Shown here piece after piece: positions 1 through 7,296 of a stretch of 32,000 nt of DNA (positions are counted from its first letter, which is position 1; each line of letters begins with the position of its first letter). Under the pieces are notes generated by a model, which saw only the letters and a list, made by a program, of their open reading frames with translations, was not told the DNA's origin and ran no database searches. This stretch comes from Candidatus Nanobsidianus stetteri (lineage in GTDB: Archaea; Nanobdellota; Nanobdellia; Nanobdellales; Nanobdellaceae): contig NZ_QEFP02000014.1 of the NCBI RefSeq assembly GCF_003086415.1, positions 1 to 32,000 on the forward strand, written 5' to 3'. Made by a program: the position numbers and the translations under genes.

Positions 1-126
1 CAAAGAAAAAAACAAAACCACCACAATTTTTATCAAATACATAGATCTCAACTTTATAATATCTTAAACTGATTATATTTTTTCTATTGAGATAAATTTA
101 TATTTTAAAAACAATAAAATATTAAA

Positions 127-717
127 ATGATAATAAACTTTGGAATACAGGAATATTTGTTTCTTTTTATAATATCGGAAATAATAGTTGGATTAGTATT
201 ACCATTTATTATAATAAAGGAAGAAAGAGAAAAGATAATTGAATTAAAATTATATTCTTTGGTAGGTTTTATATTGTATGTACTTGTTGGAATGACATTT
301 ATAGTAATATTATCATCAATAAGTTATTATTATAGTTTTGGATTATTTAATTATAATTTAGGCTATGATATTGGATTTATATTATTTATAATAGGAATAA
401 TATTACAGGGTATTGCTGAAGCAACCCTTGGAAAATACTATTTACCATCTATTGGAACTGTTGAAGGTCAAAAGATAGTTAAAGATGGTATATATAAATA
501 TATAAGACATCCAGGATATTTAGGAGAAATAATAATATTTTTTGGACTGGGATTTGTAACATATAGTTTATTAGGAATATTGGGTGCTTTTATTGTATCA
601 TTAATGGTATATGTTGGAGAAGTAATTCCAGAAGAAAAATATATGTTACAAAAGTTTGGAAAGGAATATGAAGAATATATGAAAGAAACTTTTAGATTTA
701 TCCCCTATATATTTTAA
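127..717 (+). CDS. Isoprenylcysteine carboxyl methyltransferase / phospholipid methyltransferase family membrane protein
   Basis: Multi-TM protein. Its C-terminal block 'GIYKYIRHPGYLGEIIIFFG...EEKYMLQKFGKEYEEYMKETFRFIP' matches the ICMT/PEMT signature (G-x-Y-x3-RHP-x-Y-x-G ... EE-x2-L-x3-FG-x-x-Y-x-x-Y) as I recall it. Confidence 0.8.
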   Translation: MIINFGIQEYLFLFIISEIIVGLVLPFIIIKEEREKIIELKLYSLVGFILYVLVGMTFIVILSSISYYYSFGLFNYNLGYDIGFILFIIGIILQGIAEATLGKYYLPSIGTVEGQKIVKDGIYKYIRHPGYLGEIIIFFGLGFVTYSLLGILGAFIVSLMVYVGEVIPEEKYMLQKFGKEYEEYMKETFRFIPYIF

Positions 718-777
718 TTTTTTATATATTTTATTTAAGATAATACTTAAAAAATTCAATACTGGTACTATTTTAAT

Positions 778-1638
778 ATGGAACAAACTAAAATATACTT
801 CATTGGCTTGATCATCTTAATTGCGGTAGTATCGACATTGGTATTATTTACTAATTTTATATCTAACGCAAGTCTAGAATTTGCAAAACTTGAAATTGCA
901 AACCTTCAAAATAATTATACAACTTTACAAAACCAATATCAGGCATTACAATCTCAATACAATATCCTAGAATCCAATTATGAAAATCTAGAAACAAATT
1001 ATACAAATTTACAAAATATGTATCAATCATTGCAATCCCAATATAACTCATTACAAGATAACTATAATTCGTTAAAAGATATGTATTCAATCCTTCAATC
1101 CAATTACACAACTCTACAAAACATGTATCAAACTTTACAATCCCAGTATAATACATTAGAATCTAACTATGAAAATTTACAAACAAATTATACAAATTTA
1201 CAAAATATGTATCAGACGCTACAAACTCAGTATAATTCATTACAAAATCAATACAACAATTTAAATAATACTTACTGGAACATATTAACATTTTTAGGTC
1301 AAGGTAATGGTAGTGTTATGCTACAACCTTATCAATTTGCATATAAAGAAATTGCTGTACCACCTGGATTTTCAGGAATAATATACATAACAGTATCTGC
1401 ATCAGGTCCTGTTAATGTTTTCGTATTTGATTTAAATGATCTAATACAAGCTATTAAAGGCAATCCATATGGATATTACTTATATAGTCAAGGGTCATAT
1501 ATAAATGAAAATGTATCTGTAGGTCCAGGTTTTTATATAGTCTTTATATATAATCCAAACAATAATACAGAAATTTCATTATCATATGATGTAACAACAA
1601 CATATACAACAGAACCACAACTATTCTTAAATACATAA
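778..1638 (+). CDS. Membrane-anchored coiled-coil stalk protein with a C-terminal beta-rich globular domain (unknown family)
   Basis: N-terminal TM segment 'IYFIGLIILIAVVSTLVLF'. It is followed by about 19 consecutive heptads 'xLQxxYx' (residues about 33-166) and then a roughly 110 aa non-repetitive domain. Confidence 0.8.
   Translation: MEQTKIYFIGLIILIAVVSTLVLFTNFISNASLEFAKLEIANLQNNYTTLQNQYQALQSQYNILESNYENLETNYTNLQNMYQSLQSQYNSLQDNYNSLKDMYSILQSNYTTLQNMYQTLQSQYNTLESNYENLQTNYTNLQNMYQTLQTQYNSLQNQYNNLNNTYWNILTFLGQGNGSVMLQPYQFAYKEIAVPPGFSGIIYITVSASGPVNVFVFDLNDLIQAIKGNPYGYYLYSQGSYINENVSVGPGFYIVFIYNPNNNTEISLSYDVTTTYTTEPQLFLNT
874..1275 (+). repeat. 21-bp periodic coding repeat (heptad array) with a 189-bp higher-order duplication
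   Basis: The translated heptads read NLQNNYT TLQNQYQ ALQSQYN ILESNYE NLETNYT NLQNMYQ and so on. Segment 940-1056 is nearly repeated at 1129-1245, an offset of 189 nt or 9 heptads. Confidence 0.85.
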
Positions 1639-1662
1639 AAATTCAATTATTTATTCCTTATA

Positions 1663-1676
1663 TTTTTTTATTTTTT
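1663..1676 (+). terminator. Oligo-T tract, possible archaeal terminator downstream of the coiled-coil gene
   Basis: A T7 run and a T6 run lie 25-38 nt after the stop codon. T runs are common in this AT-rich DNA, so support is weak. Confidence 0.3.
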
Positions 1677-1689
1677 ATATATTTTATCT

Positions 1690-1763
1690 GGGACCGTAGT
1701 CCAGCCTGGAAGGATGTCGGTTTGGGGTACCGGTGGTCCCGGGTTCAAGTCCCGGCGGTCCCA
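1690..1763 (+). tRNA. tRNA-Pro (anticodon GGG)
   Basis: Manual cloverleaf: acceptor GGGACCG/CGGTCCC, D arm GTCC..GGAT, anticodon stem TCGGT/ACCGG with loop TTGGGGT, T arm CCGGG-TTCAAGT-CCCGG, discriminator A. No CCA is encoded. The gene is a GC-rich island in AT-rich DNA. Confidence 0.9.
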
Positions 1764-4040
1764 TCAATATAAAATAAATATTACTACTCCAATTATTCCT
1801 CCAACTAATAATCCAATATTTAAATAATTATATTGAATTGTTTCATTGAATTGTATGACAATATTTAAAGGTTGATTTACAATATAATTGTATCCATTTT
1901 CATAATAAATTGTATTATAAAAGAATCCTGGATAAATATATTTTGAAGGCAAAATATTTATTATAGTTCCATTATTTAAAAATATAGAAACATTTCCATA
2001 ATTATTTATAGAATTGTTTATAGAAATATTTACTAAGAATGGCGTATTAATATTTACTAAATATTGATATATACAATAATTAGACAGATCAATACTTGTT
2101 GGAGAAGTTATATTTATTGTTATATTATTTTGATTACAATATAATCTTTCCTGATTATTTATATAATTAATTAGATTTATTAATATGGTTATATTATTAT
2201 TTGCATTTATATAAAAACTATTATTCCCAAAATATGTATTATTATTTATTGTATAATTAAATGGAAAAGATATATTTAATTGATATTGTAAATAGCAATA
2301 ATTTGATAGATTAATAATTTCTGGGTTATTTATATTTAATGTTATATTATTTGGACAATAATATTGATAATTTCCGAAATTATATGTTTGATTTAAGTAA
2401 ATATTCAATAAATTATTTGCATAAAGGTAATATGTATTATTATAATATGTTTCATTTAGATAATTTCCGGAAATCATAAAATTTATCCCAATACTATCAT
2501 TTATGGTTACTAAATAATATTCTGTATAGTTTGCAGAAATATTATAATTATTATTTACTAACAAACTTATATTTACATATTGTTGGGAATAATTAATATT
2601 ATAATTTTCTCCATTTATTGTTAAATTATTTAGTAAATATAACGTATTATTTTGATAAATATATATTGGGATATTTATATTAAAAACTGTTCCAAATGGA
2701 TATTGATAATTTATATATGAATTATTGTAAGAATAATAAACGGATATATTGTAATTTAAAGGAGTTATACTTCCAAAATATTCTGGATAAAAAGGACCTT
2801 CAGATAAATTTACAAATCCTTGAGATATTATATTTTCATTAATATTTGAAGAATATTCTGCCGTATTATAACCAAAATTAAATATTGAAGGATCCGGGGT
2901 AATATATTGATTATTATATAAATAATACAAACCTAAATAACCACTAATATTGTTTATATCTATACATGTTCCATATCCGGGCCCTCCAATAACTAATTCT
3001 AAATCTTCTACATTATTAGAACCTGTAATAGATGGAGAAATAACTATATTACCGGATGATGGAATTAATAGTGTAACATTATCATACCAATATATATTTT
3101 GTCCATCAAAACTATATCCAAATTGAATTTCTGGATAAGAATTATTTTGAGTAACATTAATTATTAGAAATACATTTAATGGATATTGTAAATTAGAATA
3201 GTTTGTTTCATATACATAAAAATATTTATTATCATAATTACTTACTATTCCATTTCCTTCAATTGAATTATTTGATAAATAAGAATTTAATGATGTAGAA
3301 TTCCATATATTATCAACAAATTCATAATATCCACCAGTATTATTTATTAACAAAACATTTTGTAACCAATAATATTGACCATTACTTAATTCTAGGACTG
3401 CATTTAATTGTATAGAACCTGAATCTTCACCTATAAAATTATTAGAACATGAAGGATCAACATATGAACTAAAACTATTTAAATAAATATCCCCAATAAC
3501 TTCGTTTGTTGTAATATTATATCCATAAATATTTCCATTGTTAATATATATACCATAATCAGAAATTCCTATTGGAAAATAAATATTATTTATTGGTTGA
3601 TTTATTAAACTATATGTAGAATAATAATATGCATTTTGTGTATTGTTATTATAAATTACTATATAATAATTTCCCGAGGATAAAAATATACTTTGATTTA
3701 TATAATTTGTATAGTTCTGATAAATTGATGTAAAATTACTACCATTTTGAAAATTTTGATAATTTTGCTGATTCATTATATAAAAAGATAAAGGAATAGT
3801 TGAATTAAAATATATATTTAAATATTGATTTGATGAATTTATTGGATAAGAAAAATAATATCCTGGATATAAAATATAAAAATCACCATAAGATCCCTGT
3901 CCTAAATTGTATAGATTTAATTGATTTATATTTATTGGATTTATTGGAATATTAAACAATGTTGATGAATAATTTTGTGAGTATATATTAAAAAAATTAA
4001 ATATTAGAATTAATAATGCAAATAGTTTTAATTTATTCAT
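1764..4040 (-). CDS. Thermopsin-family (peptidase A5) protease with an N-terminal beta domain, a long Asn-rich C-terminal extension and a C-terminal TM anchor
   Basis: Signal peptide 'MNKLKLFALLILIFNFFNIYSQ'. The blocks 'PIGISDYG', 'ITTNEVIG', 'SIQLNAVL', 'YYWLQNV', 'FVDNIWNST', 'LELVIGGPGYG', 'LGLYYL' and 'FNFGYNTAE' (residues about 155-400) match, from memory, S. acidocaldarius thermopsin blocks PAGIASFG / ITTNEMLG / LQFNIVL / YWLQDV / FIDNVWNLT / AELVWGGGGNG / LGLYYI / YTFGADTAE. The C-terminus 'IGLLVGGIIGVVIFILY' is a TM anchor. The protein carries dozens of N-x-S/T sequons. Confidence 0.8.
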   Translation of the reverse strand: MNKLKLFALLILIFNFFNIYSQNYSSTLFNIPINPININQLNLYNLGQGSYGDFYILYPGYYFSYPINSSNQYLNIYFNSTIPLSFYIMNQQNYQNFQNGSNFTSIYQNYTNYINQSIFLSSGNYYIVIYNNNTQNAYYYSTYSLINQPINNIYFPIGISDYGIYINNGNIYGYNITTNEVIGDIYLNSFSSYVDPSCSNNFIGEDSGSIQLNAVLELSNGQYYWLQNVLLINNTGGYYEFVDNIWNSTSLNSYLSNNSIEGNGIVSNYDNKYFYVYETNYSNLQYPLNVFLIINVTQNNSYPEIQFGYSFDGQNIYWYDNVTLLIPSSGNIVISPSITGSNNVEDLELVIGGPGYGTCIDINNISGYLGLYYLYNNQYITPDPSIFNFGYNTAEYSSNINENIISQGFVNLSEGPFYPEYFGSITPLNYNISVYYSYNNSYINYQYPFGTVFNINIPIYIYQNNTLYLLNNLTINGENYNINYSQQYVNISLLVNNNYNISANYTEYYLVTINDSIGINFMISGNYLNETYYNNTYYLYANNLLNIYLNQTYNFGNYQYYCPNNITLNINNPEIINLSNYCYLQYQLNISFPFNYTINNNTYFGNNSFYINANNNITILINLINYINNQERLYCNQNNITINITSPTSIDLSNYCIYQYLVNINTPFLVNISINNSINNYGNVSIFLNNGTIINILPSKYIYPGFFYNTIYYENGYNYIVNQPLNIVIQFNETIQYNYLNIGLLVGGIIGVVIFILY

Positions 4041-4085
4041 AAGATTTTATTATTATTCATTTTTTATAAGATTTTATTTGAATAT

Positions 4086-4709
4086 TTGATTATGAGAATA
4101 TTCATTTTTTATTCAAATACCATAAGAACTGATGGAAATTTTAAAAACATATATTATTCTGGAAGATTGGATATAGCAATTAATTCAATTATACATGCTT
4201 TCTTTGTATCTAATGGATTAAGAAAAAATATTAGATTTGATTTATGTTTAAATGGAAAACCAGTTCCTCCTAGATTGATAAGAATAGAATCAGATATAAA
4301 TACCCCATGGTCAAAAAAGGATATATCTACATTATTATCGATATCATTGAAAAAATATAATAAAAAGAATATTAAAAATCCATTCCCAGGTATATATGTT
4401 GATAAAATTGACTTTTTCGATTTATTAAGAGAATATAAAGATAATGGAAAAAATATATATTTATTGGATAAAGATGGGGAATTTATTGAAAATATAAAAA
4501 TTGAAAATCCTGTATTTATTATTGGAGATTTTTTGGGAATACCAAAAGATATAAAGAAAAAGATAGAAAATGATGTAATAAAGATTTCCTTAGGAGATAT
4601 TAATTATTTTTCATCACAGGTTATTGTAATATTAAACTATTATTTAGATAAAATGAATTTTGAAAAAGATATATATGATACTTCATATAAATTTATTTAT
4701 AGGGAATGA
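4086..4709 (+). CDS. trmY: tRNA (pseudouridine54-N1)-methyltransferase TrmY (SPOUT family)
   Basis: 'GRLDIAINSIIHAFFVS', 'PGIYV' and 'GKNIYLLDKDGEFIENIKIENPVFIIGDFLGIP' closely resemble M. jannaschii TrmY as I recall it. The track start at 4086 is a TTG; the ATG at 4092 (MRIFIF...) is the more likely start. Confidence 0.85.
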   Translation: MIMRIFIFYSNTIRTDGNFKNIYYSGRLDIAINSIIHAFFVSNGLRKNIRFDLCLNGKPVPPRLIRIESDINTPWSKKDISTLLSISLKKYNKKNIKNPFPGIYVDKIDFFDLLREYKDNGKNIYLLDKDGEFIENIKIENPVFIIGDFLGIPKDIKKKIENDVIKISLGDINYFSSQVIVILNYYLDKMNFEKDIYDTSYKFIYRE

Positions 4710-5191
4710 TACTTGGTTTAGATCTATCTGCAAAAGAAAATAATAGAACTGGATATTTTTACTTTAATAAAAAGCCAGTATTTGGGGTATTATATAAAAA
4801 TGAGGAAATATTAAATTTAATAGAAAGTGAAAAATTTAAATATATATTTATTGATGCTCCTTTAAGTTATGAATATCCATATAGAGAAGAAGAAAGATTA
4901 TTATATAAATATGGATTCAAACCATTGCCATTATCTTTAAAATCAATGAAATTATTATATGAAAGAGCCAACTTATTAAAAAGTAAAATAATGGAAATTA
5001 ATAATGATATAGAAGTATATGAAACATTTCCTAGAGCTGTGGAAAAAATATTAAAATTAAAATATCAATATTTTTCAAGAATATTTAAATATAAAGATAT
5101 TTATGACGCTTATTTATCCTATTTAGCTGGCTTATTTTTTAAATTGAATAAATATCAAAAATTTGGAAATTTAATACTACCAAAGATATAA
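4706..5191 (+). CDS. DUF429-like predicted RNase H-fold nuclease
   Basis: 'ILGLDLSAKENNRTGYFYF', 'YIFIDAPLS', 'VYETFPRA' and 'DIYDAYLSYLAG' fit the DUF429 pattern (GiDla...tG ... iDaPl ... EvyP ... DAl). Its start overlaps the trmY stop by 4 nt (ATGA). Confidence 0.6.
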   Translation: MILGLDLSAKENNRTGYFYFNKKPVFGVLYKNEEILNLIESEKFKYIFIDAPLSYEYPYREEERLLYKYGFKPLPLSLKSMKLLYERANLLKSKIMEINNDIEVYETFPRAVEKILKLKYQYFSRIFKYKDIYDAYLSYLAGLFFKLNKYQKFGNLILPKI

Positions 5192-5199
5192 TATATATA

Positions 5200-5274
5200 G
5201 GACCCGTAGTTCAGCATGGATAGAATTCTCGGTTGCGGTCCGAGAGGTCCGGGGTTCGAATCCCCGCGGGTCCA
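5200..5274 (+). tRNA. tRNA-Arg (anticodon GCG)
   Basis: Manual cloverleaf: acceptor GGACCCG/CGGGTCC, anticodon stem CTCGG/CCGAG with loop TTGCGGT, T arm CGGGG-TTCGAAT-CCCCG, discriminator A. No CCA is encoded. Confidence 0.9.
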
Positions 5275-5334
5275 TATATAAATTTTTGTTACTAAAAGAT
5301 AACAATAAAAGTATTTTTCAATATTATAATAAAA
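5275..5334 (+). promoter_or_regulatory. Promoter-like module, copy 1 (degenerate palindrome GTTACTAAAAGATAAC)
   Basis: 'tatataaatttttgttactaaaagataacaataaaagtatttttcaatattataataaaa' lies directly upstream of the ATG at 5335. The same module recurs at 6081 and 7234. Confidence 0.55.
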
Positions 5335-6000
5335 ATGTCTGAAATATACTATATAATCTTCGATACAATAGTTTTTGAAATAACAAGAGAAAATAATCTG
5401 GATAAAATACTAGCATATCAAATAGATAAAAAAGAATCTCCACCTTATATTTTTCTAACAGAAAAGAGGATACCTGAAGTATTAGAAATTTATAGAAAAA
5501 CTATAAGTGGACGTTATCCTGCGGCTTTTATATTCCCCTCACCATCAGTCGAAATAATTGGAAAAGCCACTTATTTTGATGATCAATTTTTCTTAATTGT
5601 AGCATATACAGAAGAATTACCACTTTATGTACCTTTTGATAAATTAATTAGTGTATCTAAAATAATAATTTATGAGGATGATCCACAAAAGATAAAGGTT
5701 ATAGGTGCTTGCGGATCGGATGCTTTAAATATTCTAATGAATAATAATAATTTAAATAATGATAATGATAAGAATAAGAAGGAGTTAAAGTTAAGACATT
5801 ATACTATAGATTTAAGGAAAGCCAATTTAAATAATCTAACCAGGTTTTTTATATACAATTCTGTAAATAAGCAAAGTAATAAAGATGGAGAAATGAAAGT
5901 AGCCGGCACGTATATTTTTATTGGTGAAGACGAAAATCTTTCATGTAAACAATCTTATATAGCTCCTAAAGATATTAAAATACTTGAATTTTATAAGTAA
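5335..6000 (+). CDS. Hypothetical protein, paralog A of the 7297..7998 product
   Basis: It aligns over its full length with the 7297..7998 product: FIFPSPSVEI/FIVPTPSIRI, FDDQFFLIVAY/FDEKFKLVVIY, DKLISVS/DKLIKVS, DALNILMNNNNL/DALDALINNNNL, IDLRKANLNNL/IDLREANLDDL, and an identical C-terminus NLSCKQSYIAPKDIKILE. I recognise no family. Confidence 0.75.
   Translation: MSEIYYIIFDTIVFEITRENNLDKILAYQIDKKESPPYIFLTEKRIPEVLEIYRKTISGRYPAAFIFPSPSVEIIGKATYFDDQFFLIVAYTEELPLYVPFDKLISVSKIIIYEDDPQKIKVIGACGSDALNILMNNNNLNNDNDKNKKELKLRHYTIDLRKANLNNLTRFFIYNSVNKQSNKDGEMKVAGTYIFIGEDENLSCKQSYIAPKDIKILEFYK
5934..5987 (+). repeat. 54-nt perfect direct repeat, copy 1 (3' end of paralog A)
   Basis: 'aaatctttcatgtaaacaatcttatatagctcctaaagatattaaaatacttga' is identical at 7923..7976. 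Confidence 0.9.
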
Positions 6001-6014
6001 GAATATAATTTCAA

Positions 6015-6080
6015 GCAATGGAGGGAATTTGAATCTTTAGAAGATCTTTTTGTCCATTTAGATTTATTCGATTAGAGATC
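6015..6080 (-). pseudogene. Decayed tRNA-Leu pseudogene (copy of the 8006..8089 gene)
   Basis: 6020-6048 'ggagggaatttgaatctttagaagatctt' matches 8012-8040 'ggaggggatttgaacccctggcggatctt' at 22 of 29 positions. All 7 differences replace G/C with A/T. The same flank 'aatataatt' precedes both copies. Weaker similarity continues toward the 5' half, and the stems can no longer pair. Confidence 0.6.
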
Positions 6081-6147
6081 TATATATAAATTTTATGTTA
6101 CTAAAAGATAGTAACAAATAAAAATCTTTTTACTATAATAAAATATA
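6081..6147 (+). promoter_or_regulatory. Promoter-like module, copy 2 (perfect palindrome GTTACTA-aaaga-TAGTAAC at 6097-6115)
   Basis: 'tatatataaattttatgttactaaaagatagtaacaaataaaaatctttttactataataaaatata' lies directly upstream of the ATG at 6148. Confidence 0.55.
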
Positions 6148-6960
6148 ATGGCATACTTAACAAACATGCTTTTTCCATATAGGGAAAGAAAAAGTGAAAA
6201 GTCAAATCTCACTCTTGATAGTATAATTAATAGTTCTAGAAATCCTGGAAATTATGAAAATACAAATTTCAATTATCCTAAAAAACCACATTATTATGCT
6301 ATAATTGTTTTAGGAGGAGGTCCAGAACATACTGAATATAGACTTAAAAAAGCAATAGAATTATACAAACAAGGAATTGCAGATTACTTGATTGTAACAG
6401 TTGGTGAAACCGATGTTTCTATTGCTAAAAAAATAATAGAAAATGCTGATATAGATAAAGATAAATATATAGTTGATGATAGATCTACAACTACATTGCA
6501 TAATGCTCTTTATGCTAAAGAAATACTTCGAAATTTAAATGTACCAAAAGGTACATTAACAGCAATATTAACAGAAAGTCCTCATTGTCCTAGAGCTAGG
6601 GATACATTTGACCTAATCTTTAGAGGAAAATATAAAATAGATTCAATTTGTATTGAGCCTCTTCCAGATCCATATATGTGGGGTAAAGAAGAAAAAATAA
6701 AAAGTATAAGAAAATACATTCATCCTTTATATCCCTCATTAATTATCTCCTTAACATATTCAGAAAAATATTTAAGTTATTTACCAGGAATGAATGAAGA
6801 AAAAGCAGAGAAAATTGTTGATAAATTTGTAAGATCTACATCAGATACTATTAGCTATTTATTTAATACATCCTTAAAATATGCTAATAATGTAAAAGAA
6901 TATATCAAGAGAGTACTTGGAAGTTATAGATCACATGTAAATGCATCTCCAAGTAGCTAA
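6148..6960 (+). CDS. DUF218 (YdcF/SanA-like) domain protein
   Basis: 'YYAIIVLGGGPEHTEYRLKKAIELYKQGIADYLIVTVGE', 'DDRSTTTLHNALYAKEIL' and 'AILTESPHCPRARDTF' fit the DUF218 pattern (vVLGgg..R...a..ly..g.a..ii.sG ... S.nT.eNa ... vTs.fHm.Ra). Confidence 0.75.
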   Translation: MAYLTNMLFPYRERKSEKSNLTLDSIINSSRNPGNYENTNFNYPKKPHYYAIIVLGGGPEHTEYRLKKAIELYKQGIADYLIVTVGETDVSIAKKIIENADIDKDKYIVDDRSTTTLHNALYAKEILRNLNVPKGTLTAILTESPHCPRARDTFDLIFRGKYKIDSICIEPLPDPYMWGKEEKIKSIRKYIHPLYPSLIISLTYSEKYLSYLPGMNEEKAEKIVDKFVRSTSDTISYLFNTSLKYANNVKEYIKRVLGSYRSHVNASPSS

Positions 6961-7233
6961 TAAATATAGTTAAATAAGATAATATGGGTCTATTATAAAT
7001 GCAAAATTAAAAATATAGAATTAAAGGAAAATAAATATTATGTATATGCAAATTTTCTCAGAAATCAATTATAACTTTTATATTCTTCAAAAATACTTGA
7101 AAAATCAAAAAATAGGAAATCAAAAATTAAAAATTATATACAAATAAATATATTTTTACATTTATTTCTTAAATAATACAAAAGGCTCTTTCTAAAAAAT
7201 CCTTTCAGTAAGTATTACTTTTTAAAACATCTT

Positions 7234-7296
7234 TATATATAAATTTTATGTTACTATAAGATAGTAATAAAAACTTTTTCATAATATTATGATAAA
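7234..7296 (+). promoter_or_regulatory. Promoter-like module, copy 3 (palindrome GTTACTA-taaga-TAGTAAT at 7250-7268)
   Basis: 'tatatataaattttatgttactataagatagtaataaaaactttttcataatattatgataaa' lies directly upstream of the ATG at 7297. Confidence 0.55.

Noticed and set aside
863-1156. 97 aa antisense ORF inside the heptad-repeat gene
   Set aside because: It lies entirely within, and antisense to, the strongly periodic coiled-coil coding region. The repeat suppresses stop codons on the opposite strand, and the ORF has no independent signal.
874-1275. Possible CRISPR array or noncoding satellite suggested by the 21-bp periodicity
   Set aside because: The period is exactly 7 codons in one long open frame with conserved Leu and Tyr positions. 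There are no spacer-like unique segments. It is a coding heptad repeat. No CRISPR-like repeat-spacer structure was seen anywhere in the window.
4086-4091. TTG start codons used by the ORF track at 4086 and 23444
   Set aside because: In both cases an ATG lies 2-5 codons downstream (4092 and 23459) and gives a more conventional N-terminus. The track coordinates are kept in the feature list, with the alternative start noted.
7040-7147. 35 aa ORF (MYMQIFSEINYNFYILQKYLKNQKIGNQKLKIIYK) in the 336-bp noncoding gap after the DUF218 gene
   Set aside because: It is short, has no TM segment or motif, and does not have the promoter module that precedes its three neighbours. It is plausibly a chance ORF. 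The gap may instead hold decayed remnants: 'atcctttcagtaag' at about 7199-7212 weakly resembles the start of the 54-nt repeat, which is too weak to call.
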